DNA of 64,000 bases from Minisyncoccota bacterium (lineage in GTDB: Bacteria; Patescibacteriota; Minisyncoccia; Phycocordibacterales; UBA9973): NCBI GenBank assembly GCA_035403785.1, contig DAONFW010000002.1:12676-76675 (forward strand). The letters run 5' to 3'. The notes under the pieces were generated by a model that was not told where the DNA came from, did not search any database, and was given only the letters and a program-made list of their open reading frames with translations. This document shows positions 1 through 7,214 of the stretch, piece after piece. How positions within the stretch are numbered: the first letter of the stretch is position 1; every line of letters begins with the position of its first letter. The translations under genes and the position numbers were made by a program.

Positions 1-101
1 AAGAAGCAATTGAAATTTTCAAAAATAAAGGTTTCAAATTTGATAGAGAAATAGACGCAGGGGAACATCATTATGGTATTATATTAATAAAAGAAAAATA
101 A
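1..101 (+). CDS. 3' end of an upstream gene (partial, product unknown)
   Basis: Frame 3 is open from the window edge to TAA at 99-101 (...EAIEIFKNKGFKFDREIDAGEHHYGIILIKEK*). 33 residues are too few to assign a family. Confidence 0.3.
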   Translation, partial: EAIEIFKNKGFKFDREIDAGEHHYGIILIKEK

Positions 102-102
102 A

Positions 103-1407
103 ATGAAAGGTAATTTTCAAATAATAATTTTAGTAATCTTTGTAGCAGCAGCGGTTTTTGGACTTTTGGTTTTTTCTGGCACTATTCCGTTGGGCAACAA
201 AACCGACACGGCTGGTTCTTTGGGTACAGTTACTTTGTGGGGGACAGCCAAAGCAGACGCTCTAGCTGCTCCTATTGATGATTTCAATAGAGCAAATCCA
301 ACTTTTGTGGTTAAGTATGTTCAAAAAGATCCAGAAACTTTCGATCAGGATTTGCTTGAAGCAATGGCTTCAGGAGTTGGTCCGGATATGTTTTTCTTGC
401 CAGATAATTTAGTTTTTGATTATGCTAATAAAATTTATGTAATTCCTTATGAAAGCTATTCAGCCGCTTCTTTTCAAAATACTTTCAGTAGTGCAGGAGA
501 AGTATTTATGTTTTCAAAAGGAATTTTAGCTTTTCCGATTACAGTTGATCCACTAATGATGTATTACAACAGAAGTATGCTGGAATCTAATGGAATTATT
601 TATCCTCCAGCTACCTGGGATGATGTTGTGAGTTACACGGCTAGTTTAACCAAAAAAGATGAATTAAATAAAATCACAAAAAGTACAGTTGCCTTGGGTC
701 AATTTTCTAATGTAGCTCATGCAAAAGATATATTGTCTGCTTTGTTTATGCAAGCTGGCAATCAGATAATTACAGAAAAAGATGGCTCTTTTTCATCTGT
801 TCTTGGAGAAAGTGGAGCTAGCCAAATTAGCTTAGATACAATGCTTTCTTTCTTTACAAGCTTTTCTGATCCACTCAAGAATGTTTATTCCTGGAATCGA
901 TCTTTTGCAAATTCTAGAGATACTTTTAGTTCAGATAATTTAGCTTTTTATTTCGGTTATGCTAGTGAATTACAAACTTTAGTAAATAAAAATCCAAATC
1001 TTAACTTTGCTGTTGCTCCGTTTCCACAAATAAAAAATACTAATTTTAAATTGACTTCTGGAAAAGTTACAGGAATAGCTGTTTCTAACTTTTCAAAAAA
1101 TTTAAGCACAGCCCTTACTGCAGCTAGTCTGTTGGCAACGAGTGATTTTGCCTCGAAATATGCTGAAATAACACAAACTCCACCAGCTAGAAAAGATTTG
1201 CTCTCAAAAAAAATGACAGATGCTTATAATCCATATTTTTACTCGTCAGCTCTTTATGCTCGAAGTTGGTTAGATCCTTCTACTAATGATACTGATAATA
1301 TATTTAAAAATATGATTGAAGGAACGCTTTCTAATAATTTTACAGCGCAAGATGCTATCAGAGATGCCGGCGCGAAAATAAATCTTTTATTAATGAAATA
1401 TAGATAA
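103..1407 (+). CDS. ABC-transporter extracellular solute-binding protein (family 1-like)
   Basis: 434-aa ORF with an N-terminal hydrophobic anchor/signal (IIILVIFVAAAVFGLLVF). Length and composition are typical of periplasmic/lipoprotein solute-binding proteins. No permease or ATPase partner is visible in the window. Confidence 0.5.
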   Translation: MKGNFQIIILVIFVAAAVFGLLVFSGTIPLGNKTDTAGSLGTVTLWGTAKADALAAPIDDFNRANPTFVVKYVQKDPETFDQDLLEAMASGVGPDMFFLPDNLVFDYANKIYVIPYESYSAASFQNTFSSAGEVFMFSKGILAFPITVDPLMMYYNRSMLESNGIIYPPATWDDVVSYTASLTKKDELNKITKSTVALGQFSNVAHAKDILSALFMQAGNQIITEKDGSFSSVLGESGASQISLDTMLSFFTSFSDPLKNVYSWNRSFANSRDTFSSDNLAFYFGYASELQTLVNKNPNLNFAVAPFPQIKNTNFKLTSGKVTGIAVSNFSKNLSTALTAASLLATSDFASKYAEITQTPPARKDLLSKKMTDAYNPYFYSSALYARSWLDPSTNDTDNIFKNMIEGTLSNNFTAQDAIRDAGAKINLLLMKYR

Positions 1408-1439
1408 TTATAAATTTAAATTAAGTTTAGAGATTTAGT

Positions 1440-1835
1440 ATGAAAATTTTAAACAAACAAAATAAAAAAAATACATTTTTTGTTACCGGAACTTTTTTGT
1501 TACTTGTGCCAATTATTTCTTTTGGAGCAGGGCTTGTTCCATGTGGTGGTCAGGGAGAGAGTGAATGTAATTTTAATTTTCTTTTAATTTTAATTAATAA
1601 TATAGTTAAGTTTGTTTTATTTAGGTTAGCTGTTCCAATAGCTGCGATTATGTTTGCTTACGCTGGTATTTTACTTCTGACTTCTGGTGGCAATACATCA
1701 CAAAAAGAAAAATCAAAAAAAATATTTACTGGTGTGGCAATAGGTATTGTAATAGCCGCAGCTGCTTGGATTATCGTTCACTTGATTGTTTCTGTTTTGG
1801 GCTGTGGAGATAGCTGCAGTTGGATTGGTTTTTAA
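1440..1835 (+). CDS. TrbC/VirB2-like pilin-type small membrane protein (paralog 1 of 5)
   Basis: 131 aa. N-terminal signal/TM, a Cys-containing segment (PCGGQGESEC), then two hydrophobic helices separated by a short basic loop (SQKEKSKK). This is the conjugative-pilin (VirB2/TrbC) topology. First gene of a tandem array of similar genes. Confidence 0.5.
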   Translation: MKILNKQNKKNTFFVTGTFLLLVPIISFGAGLVPCGGQGESECNFNFLLILINNIVKFVLFRLAVPIAAIMFAYAGILLLTSGGNTSQKEKSKKIFTGVAIGIVIAAAAWIIVHLIVSVLGCGDSCSWIGF

Positions 1836-1854
1836 TAATTAGTATAATAAAAAT

Positions 1855-2262
1855 ATGAAATCTATAATAAAAAATTTTTTTGCGGTTACTTTAGCGGCTT
1901 TTGTTCTTTTTGCTCCAATTTTATCTTTTGCGCAGCAGACGGGAGATTTGTCAGGTGGTAGCCAGACAGGAGATTTATCTCCTTCTACCACCACGATTAA
2001 TAATCCAATAGGAGTCAGTGATGTTAATAGTTTTATCAGAGTGATTTTGGTTGGCGTTGTTAAAATTGGAATACCAATAGTCGCTTTGGCTATTATTTAT
2101 TCTGGTTTTCTTTTTGTAACAGCTAGAGGAAATCCTGAAGCTCTTAAAAAAGCAAAAAGTGCTTTCTTATATACAGTTATCGGTGCAGCTATTTTGTTGG
2201 GTTCTTGGGCAATTGCTCAGTTAATATCTAGTACAGTTTTAGAAATAGGTAAAAGTGTTTAA
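1855..2262 (+). CDS. TrbC/VirB2-like pilin-type small membrane protein (paralog 2)
   Basis: 135 aa. Signal peptide ending in AQQ, then two hydrophobic helices (VILVGVVKIGIPIVALAIIYSGFLF / LYTVIGAAILLGSWAIAQL) flanking the charged loop ARGNPEALKKAKS. Confidence 0.5.
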   Translation: MKSIIKNFFAVTLAAFVLFAPILSFAQQTGDLSGGSQTGDLSPSTTTINNPIGVSDVNSFIRVILVGVVKIGIPIVALAIIYSGFLFVTARGNPEALKKAKSAFLYTVIGAAILLGSWAIAQLISSTVLEIGKSV

Positions 2263-2273
2263 TAGATAAAAAA

Positions 2274-3005
2274 ATGAAAAACAATTTTTCTAATAAAATA
2301 TTATTGTGTATAATTCTTTCAGCTTTTTTTGTGCCATGTTTATCTTTTGCTCAGAATTCTGGTTTTCAGGCACAAGTTCAAGTCGCTCCGAATTATAATT
2401 ATTCTGGTTCAATTACAGGGGTACAAGCAGATGTGACTCAAGGAGAAGAATCATCTCTTGGTGGTGATATAAATGTTACAAATAATGCATCTGCTACGGC
2501 ACAAGCTCAGGGCGAAGTAGTTGGTGTTTCCGCTAGGTATAACACCAGCATCTCAAGTGGATTTACCTGTGCTTTGCCTAATAATCCAGTATTGAAAGAT
2601 TTGATAAATTATGCAACATGTTTGCTTTCAAAATCCATTGTTCCACTTATTTTTGGTGCAGCTATGGTTTTGTTTATCTGGGGCGTTGTTCAGTATGTTA
2701 TTGGAACAGACGATGAAACAAAAAAGAAAAAAGGAAAAACTTTTATGATTTGGGGTCTTGTTTCTTTAGCCGTAATGACTTCTGTTTGGGGTTTGGTTCG
2801 TATTTTGGGTAATACTTTTGGAGTAAATACAACGGTGATTCCTCAACTTAATACACAAAAATCTGCCAATACTGGTAATAGTATATATGAAGCCCCAGAA
2901 CAAACTGCTCCGTCTTTTTCCAGTGAGATTCAAACAATGCCTACTTTACCTGCGGGACAAATTCAGACAACAAACAGCTCTTTTTCAGGTCAAATAAGAC
3001 AATAA
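2274..3005 (+). CDS. TrbC/VirB2-like pilin-type protein with N- and C-terminal extensions (paralog 3)
   Basis: 243 aa. Signal peptide, Cys pair (FTCALPN...YATCLL), and the core IWGVVQYVIGTDDETKKKKGKTFMIWGLV shared almost verbatim with paralogs 4 and 5. There is a Ser/Thr/Gln-rich C-terminal tail. Confidence 0.5.
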   Translation: MKNNFSNKILLCIILSAFFVPCLSFAQNSGFQAQVQVAPNYNYSGSITGVQADVTQGEESSLGGDINVTNNASATAQAQGEVVGVSARYNTSISSGFTCALPNNPVLKDLINYATCLLSKSIVPLIFGAAMVLFIWGVVQYVIGTDDETKKKKGKTFMIWGLVSLAVMTSVWGLVRILGNTFGVNTTVIPQLNTQKSANTGNSIYEAPEQTAPSFSSEIQTMPTLPAGQIQTTNSSFSGQIRQ

Positions 3006-3250
3006 ACTATTTGCTTTTAAGCTCAGTATGTTATAATTAATAGGTGCTTAATTATTTAGGCAAGTTATAAATTATTATTAGGTCGCTAATTATTATAAAT
3101 TATTTCAGCTAAGATTAGCTGATTCGTTATTAACGGAAAAAATATGAATCCCGTTAGAAGTTAACTTTCGGGAATCGTAATTTTTAAAAATAAAATAAGT
3201 TGTCTAGCATATTTTGTAAGTAAAGTAAGTTAGTATAACTTCTAAACGGG

Positions 3251-3640
3251 ATGAAAAAGAAATTAATTACATTATTTAGTTTTGTTCTTGGTTTTGCTCC
3301 ATTAGCATTGTTTGCTCAACAGCAAGTAGGTAATGCTTCAGGATGTGCGGGTGTTGAGAGTGGAACTCTTCAGTCAGTAATTTGTACTGTTGGAAATGTT
3401 CTAGATACTCTTATTCCAATTCTTATAGTGTTGGGTATTGTGTATTTCGTATGGGGCGTTGTTCAGTATGTTATTGGTGACGATGAAGAAGCAAAAAAGA
3501 AAGGGAAAAATAGAATGATTTATGGAATCATTGGTCTAGTTGTAATCGTTGCAATGTGGGGTCTAGTTGGAATTATCACAAAGACTTTCGGTTTGAGTGG
3601 AACAACAAACGTTACTATTCCAACTCTTCCAATAAACTAA
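3251..3640 (+). CDS. TrbC/VirB2-like pilin-type small membrane protein (paralog 4)
   Basis: 129 aa. Signal peptide, Cys pair, and the core VWGVVQYVIGDDEEAKKKGKNRMIYGIIGLV between two hydrophobic helices. Preceded by a 245-bp AT-rich leader. Confidence 0.55.
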   Translation: MKKKLITLFSFVLGFAPLALFAQQQVGNASGCAGVESGTLQSVICTVGNVLDTLIPILIVLGIVYFVWGVVQYVIGDDEEAKKKGKNRMIYGIIGLVVIVAMWGLVGIITKTFGLSGTTNVTIPTLPIN

Positions 3641-3649
3641 ATATTTATT

Positions 3650-3994
3650 ATGATAGATTTGTTTTTACCAAATATTGCGTATGCTAGTGTAGACACATTT
3701 ATTGCCAAGGTTAATGAGGTAATTATTAATCCGCTTATCTTGTTGATGTTTGCATTAGCTTTAGTTTTCTTCTTTTATGGAATAGTAGAATTTCTTGCAA
3801 ATCCAGAAAGTGACGAGAAGAAGACAAAAGGTAAAAGCCATATGATTTGGGGAATAGTTGGTATTACGATTATGATGGGAGTATGGTTTATTATGCATCT
3901 TGTTATGAATACTCTAAATATAGAAGGAATTAATCCGGAAAAAGGAGAAGTGAAACTAAATGAGTATGCTCCAAATTATAATTGGAATCCTTAA
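3650..3994 (+). CDS. TrbC/VirB2-like pilin-type small membrane protein, short-leader variant (paralog 5)
   Basis: 114 aa. Only a 12-aa N-terminal leader (MIDLFLPNIAYA) before the conserved core (...FYGIVEFLANPESDEKKTKGKSHMIWGIVGI...). The ATG lies 9 nt after the stop of paralog 4. Confidence 0.5.
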   Translation: MIDLFLPNIAYASVDTFIAKVNEVIINPLILLMFALALVFFFYGIVEFLANPESDEKKTKGKSHMIWGIVGITIMMGVWFIMHLVMNTLNIEGINPEKGEVKLNEYAPNYNWNP

Positions 3995-4026
3995 AAACTA
4001 AAAACAAATTTTTAAATAAGAAATTT

Positions 4027-4060
4027 AAAAAGGCGATCCACATCCATGAATCGCCTTTTG
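4027..4060. terminator. Bidirectional rho-independent terminator hairpin
   Basis: AAAAGGCGAT-(12 nt loop)-ATCGCCTTTT: a 10-bp stem with an A-run 5' and a T-run 3'. It sits between convergent genes ending at 3994 (+) and 4068 (-). Confidence 0.5.
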
Positions 4061-4067
4061 AGTTACC

Positions 4068-4463
4068 TCATTTATTTATTTTGTATACAACGACCCGAAC
4101 ATGAGGTTTATTCGGATTAGCAGATTTGATACTAACTGTTCCTCCTTTTGCACCGGCAGGAGTGCCGGGGTTGTCCTTTCCGTCAAAGAAAAATTCTTCT
4201 GAGACACCTGTAAATTTTTCATAGACAGGTTCCCCAAAAGTTTCAAGCCGGAACTTGAAGTTAATGACAGGATCACATGGTGTAAAACCATCGAATACAA
4301 TGATTTCAGTTCCTGTGCTGTTTTCGGAATATTGCTCTGTCTGGTCGGTTGCTTTTTTATCATTTGAATTATCTTTTTTATCAAAAGATTTTACCCAGAA
4401 AATAAAAAGAAACGCCATTACAAGAATGATAACTAGACGAATAATTTTTACAGTATTTTTCAT
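4068..4463 (-). CDS. Small membrane-anchored protein co-transcribed with the SPFH gene (possible NfeD-like partner)
   Basis: 131 aa with an N-terminal TM (IIRLVIILVMAFLFIFWV) and a beta-rich C-terminal half. Its start overlaps the stop of the upstream SPFH gene by 1 nt. The NfeD assignment rests on gene context only. Confidence 0.4.
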   Translation of the reverse strand: MKNTVKIIRLVIILVMAFLFIFWVKSFDKKDNSNDKKATDQTEQYSENSTGTEIIVFDGFTPCDPVINFKFRLETFGEPVYEKFTGVSEEFFFDGKDNPGTPAGAKGGTVSIKSANPNKPHVRVVVYKINK

Positions 4464-5365
4464 TATTTTTTTCCTCCAAATTTTTCAATGAGTAAAGTAA
4501 TTGCTTTTACCACTTCAGGTGAAATTTCAATTCCCTCGAGATTTAGTTTTGCTTCGCCTCCAAGCACGATTTCTTTTATTTCTTTTGTTAGACTAATATC
4601 TTTGTCTAACAAAGGAGCGAGAGTTCGTGCTTCTTTATCTGAGTACCCAGCTTTTTTTAAAGTTTCCACCATTTCTTTTACGGCATTTGCTTTAGAAGCG
4701 GCATTTCTTGCACGTTGAACTTCTTCATTATAATCAACGTCTTTTATAGGGCATTCAATGACAATAATAGAAAGCTCTTTAGCAACTTCATCGAAGTCCT
4801 TTTTTTTAAGGATTTGTTCATGAGTGAAACTTTTTACATTAGTGCAAGTTTCATCTTTTACTTTTTCCCTGATGGTTTTTTCAGCAACAGCTGTTTGCAT
4901 GCTGTTAATTGCTTCTTGTGTGTACCTTACATAATTGATCATTCTTTCTGATCTTTTCTTTTCTGATGCTCCCGCAGCAGAATCAGGTTTTGACATGATT
5001 GCTGCTTCGATTTCCATACTGCCATCAATCGTTGGAAAAGTTCCACGTACTTTCGCGTGTATGATTGCTTCAAGGTTTACAATGAATTCGATTGATTCCC
5101 ACGGTAATTTAAAATAGAAGCCTTCGAACACAGCACGCCTTTTTTTAGTGAAATAATTTAATAAGACGTGACAGTCGTTCATCTTAACGTTTCCGACAAA
5201 AGAATTGAGACTGATTAAGGAAACGAAAAGGAATACAATAGTCCCAGGAAGTAAATATGCTTCTGAAGTAACAAGCAGAATTAAGAGCTGAATAACAGCC
5301 CATATGGCAGTTAGTGTTACGAACAACCAAAAACTTGCCGAACCGGAGGTTGAAATTTTTTCCAT
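4463..5365 (-). CDS. SPFH/band-7 (stomatin/prohibitin/HflC-like) membrane protein
   Basis: 300 aa. N-terminal TM followed by an SPFH-like core (KLPWESIEFIVNLEAIIHAKVRGTFPTIDG...) and a coiled-coil/Ala-Lys-rich C-terminus. Confidence 0.65.
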   Translation of the reverse strand: MEKISTSGSASFWLFVTLTAIWAVIQLLILLVTSEAYLLPGTIVFLFVSLISLNSFVGNVKMNDCHVLLNYFTKKRRAVFEGFYFKLPWESIEFIVNLEAIIHAKVRGTFPTIDGSMEIEAAIMSKPDSAAGASEKKRSERMINYVRYTQEAINSMQTAVAEKTIREKVKDETCTNVKSFTHEQILKKKDFDEVAKELSIIVIECPIKDVDYNEEVQRARNAASKANAVKEMVETLKKAGYSDKEARTLAPLLDKDISLTKEIKEIVLGGEAKLNLEGIEISPEVVKAITLLIEKFGGKK

Positions 5366-5393
5366 TTTTTTTGTTTTTTAAATTATTAATTAT

Positions 5394-5473
5394 TGTTTGA
5401 TTTGTTTGTTCCAATTGCTAATCTATTTTATTTTTTAAGAGAGGGGATTAGCGACAAAAACAAACAAATCAAG
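5394..5473. promoter_or_regulatory. Nested AT-rich inverted repeats in the SPFH gene leader
   Basis: Outer arms TTGATTTGTTTGTT (5397-5410) and AACAAACAAATCAA (5459-5472). Inner arms GCTAATC (5417-5423) and GATTAGC (5446-5452). Located 30-110 bp upstream of the minus-strand start at 5365. Confidence 0.3.
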
Positions 5474-5533
5474 ATAACTAATAACTTGTTTTTCAAGTAT
5501 CAAATTCTACATAAAGTATATCACAAATAATAC

Positions 5534-5563
5534 AAAAAGTCAACCCTATTGGGCTGACTTTTT
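5534..5563 (-). terminator. Terminator hairpin downstream of the surface-protein gene
   Basis: AAAAAGTCAACCC-TATT-GGGCTGACTTTTT: a stem with one mismatch. On the minus strand it is followed by a T-run. Confidence 0.45.
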
Positions 5564-5581
5564 GTATTATTTGTAAAGGTT

Positions 5582-6352
5582 TTAGGCGTGTTTCAGTGGT
5601 TGTGCCTTGTATTTTTCACCTGCGTGAGTAAGCTTTCTCCAAACTATTACTATTAGTAATACTAAGATTATTAGTAGCAACCATCCTAGAAAACTTGTTG
5701 GCAAGAAACTGTCTGAAGAGAATAGGGCATTAGCTGCTAAATTACTATCAGTATCTTCATCTGTTGTTTCTGACACACAAGCTGGTGTGGTTGTTGTTTT
5801 TGGTTTTGCAGTTGAACTTGGTTTTGGCTTGCTTGTAGTTGTAGCTGAAGTGGTTGGTGCTTTCTTGAGTGTGTAATATGCTGTGTTTGAAAGTCCACCA
5901 TTTGAAGTGTGATTGTATACAGTGATTGATTGTGAGCCTAAACCTGTCATATCAGCATCTGTTGTGTGCATGATAATTTGGCTAGAACTTACATAACTTG
6001 TATTTCTATCACTACCATTCCATCTAGCTACAGAGCCTGGGATAAAGTTATAACCGTTAATTGTTATATCTTTAGCGCCTGTTTTGGTGATTCCTGAAGT
6101 TGGACTAATTGAAGTAATGTGTGGAACCAAACTCGTATTCTGGGTGTTATTAGTATTATTGTTTGTATTACCACTATTATTATTACTGTTGTTATTTCCA
6201 GAGTTATCATTATTCCAATGATCAAATTCAGTATTTGCACCGAAGTCAACTGTAACTGTTCTTGCTGAAACTGTGTTAGTTAAAGAAAAGCTTAACACTA
6301 ACGCAAAGATGGCGAAAATCAATATTAAGTTTTTGTTTAATAATTTTTTCAT
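5582..6352 (-). CDS. Cell-surface protein with Asn-rich low-complexity region, Thr/Ser/Pro-rich stalk and C-terminal membrane anchor (possible sortase-type sorting signal)
   Basis: 256 aa. Signal peptide, NNDNSGNNNSNNNSGNTNNNTNNTQNT, an Ig-like middle region, a TTSATTTSKPKPSSTAKPKTTTTP stalk, then LPTSF + hydrophobic helix + WRK near the C-terminus. Confidence 0.45.
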   Translation of the reverse strand: MKKLLNKNLILIFAIFALVLSFSLTNTVSARTVTVDFGANTEFDHWNNDNSGNNNSNNNSGNTNNNTNNTQNTSLVPHITSISPTSGITKTGAKDITINGYNFIPGSVARWNGSDRNTSYVSSSQIIMHTTDADMTGLGSQSITVYNHTSNGGLSNTAYYTLKKAPTTSATTTSKPKPSSTAKPKTTTTPACVSETTDEDTDSNLAANALFSSDSFLPTSFLGWLLLIILVLLIVIVWRKLTHAGEKYKAQPLKHA

Positions 6353-6419
6353 ACTAAGAGTATATCATAAACAAAATTATTTGTCAAGTAGTTTTTTACC
6401 TTATAAAATAAGGATTTTG

Positions 6420-6503
6420 TGCCGGGAGGGAGACTTGAACTCCCATGAGATTTCTCTCGCTTGCTCCTAAGGCAAGTGCGTCTGCCAATTTCGCCATCCC
6501 GGC
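6420..6503 (-). tRNA. tRNA-Leu(TAG)
   Basis: Cloverleaf read by eye on the reverse complement: acceptor GCCGGGA/TCCCGGC, anticodon loop CTTAGGA, long variable arm, T-loop GGGAGTTCAAGTCTCCC. Confidence 0.85.
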
Positions 6504-6551
6504 TTATTCTCTATTATAAATCAAAAACTTAATAAAATAAATCTTTAATTT

Positions 6552-6626
6552 GTCCGCCCAGTAGGGATCGAACCTACGACCTTACGCTTAAGAGGCGTCT
6601 GCTCTACCAGCTGAGCTATGGGCGGA
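6552..6626 (-). tRNA. tRNA-Lys(CTT)
   Basis: Reverse complement TCCGCCCATAGCTCAGCTGGTAGAGCAGACGCCTCTTAAGCGT...GGTTCGATCCCTACTGGGCGGA. Anticodon loop CTCTTAA. Confidence 0.85.
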
Positions 6627-6643
6627 TTAAATATTTAATTGTG

Positions 6644-6725
6644 TGCCCGAGGTGGGGGTCGAACCCACATCCCTTGCGAGACACGATTTTAAGTCGTGCG
6701 CGTATACCAATTCCGCCACTCGGGC
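6644..6725 (-). tRNA. tRNA-Leu(TAA)
   Basis: Reverse complement GCCCGAGTGGCGGAATTGGTA...CACGACTTAAAATCGTG...GGGTTCGACCCCCACCTCGGGCA. Anticodon TAA, long variable arm. Confidence 0.85.
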
Positions 6726-6795
6726 TTCCAAACTAACTCTTATATTATAAACATTTTTTTATAAAATACAATCCAAAACACACTTTCTGTCTACT

Positions 6796-6869
6796 GAGGC
6801 CTGGGCCGGAATTGAACCGGCGTATGGAGATTTTGCAGATCTCTGCCTTACCACTTGGCTACCAGGCCT
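6796..6869 (-). tRNA. tRNA-Cys(GCA)
   Basis: Reverse complement AGGCCTGGTAGCCAAGTGGTAAGGCAGAGATCTGCAAAATCTCCATACGCCGGTTCAATTCCGGCCCAGGCCT. Anticodon loop CTGCAAA. Confidence 0.85.
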
Positions 6870-6890
6870 TATTTTTATTCTAACTTAATA

Positions 6891-7214
6891 TTACTTTTCT
6901 CTTAATAATTCGTCAATTTTTTGTCTATTCTTTTCTCCAGTATCTATTTCAAAATCTATAAACGGAATTAATTTAGACTTCATATTTTTTTTCAAAAAAT
7001 CTCTAAATTCCGCTCGTTTTCTTTTTGTAAAATCTAGAGCACTTTTTTCTTTTGAAGCAGGCAAGACTGTAATAAAAATAGTAGCTCTCTTCAAATCAGA
7101 AGACGCATGACAGTCGGTAACTGTTACAAGGGAAGTCCTGTTACTTTCTTTGCTCAAAAAACGAGCCGCAAGCTCTTTTATCAAATTTGATACTTTTTCT
7201 TTTCTTTCAGCCAT
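6891..7214 (-). CDS. rbfA: Ribosome-binding factor A
   Basis: 107 aa, KH-like RbfA signature region (KRATIFITVLP...). Immediately downstream of infB, which is the canonical infB-rbfA arrangement. Confidence 0.7.
   Translation of the reverse strand: MAERKEKVSNLIKELAARFLSKESNRTSLVTVTDCHASSDLKRATIFITVLPASKEKSALDFTKRKRAEFRDFLKKNMKSKLIPFIDFEIDTGEKNRQKIDELLREK

Noticed and set aside
4076-4384. Alternative-frame 102-aa minus ORF overlapping 4068-4463
   Set aside because: Same strand, different frame. The 131-aa frame has a proper N-terminal TM and start overlap with the SPFH gene, so it is preferred.
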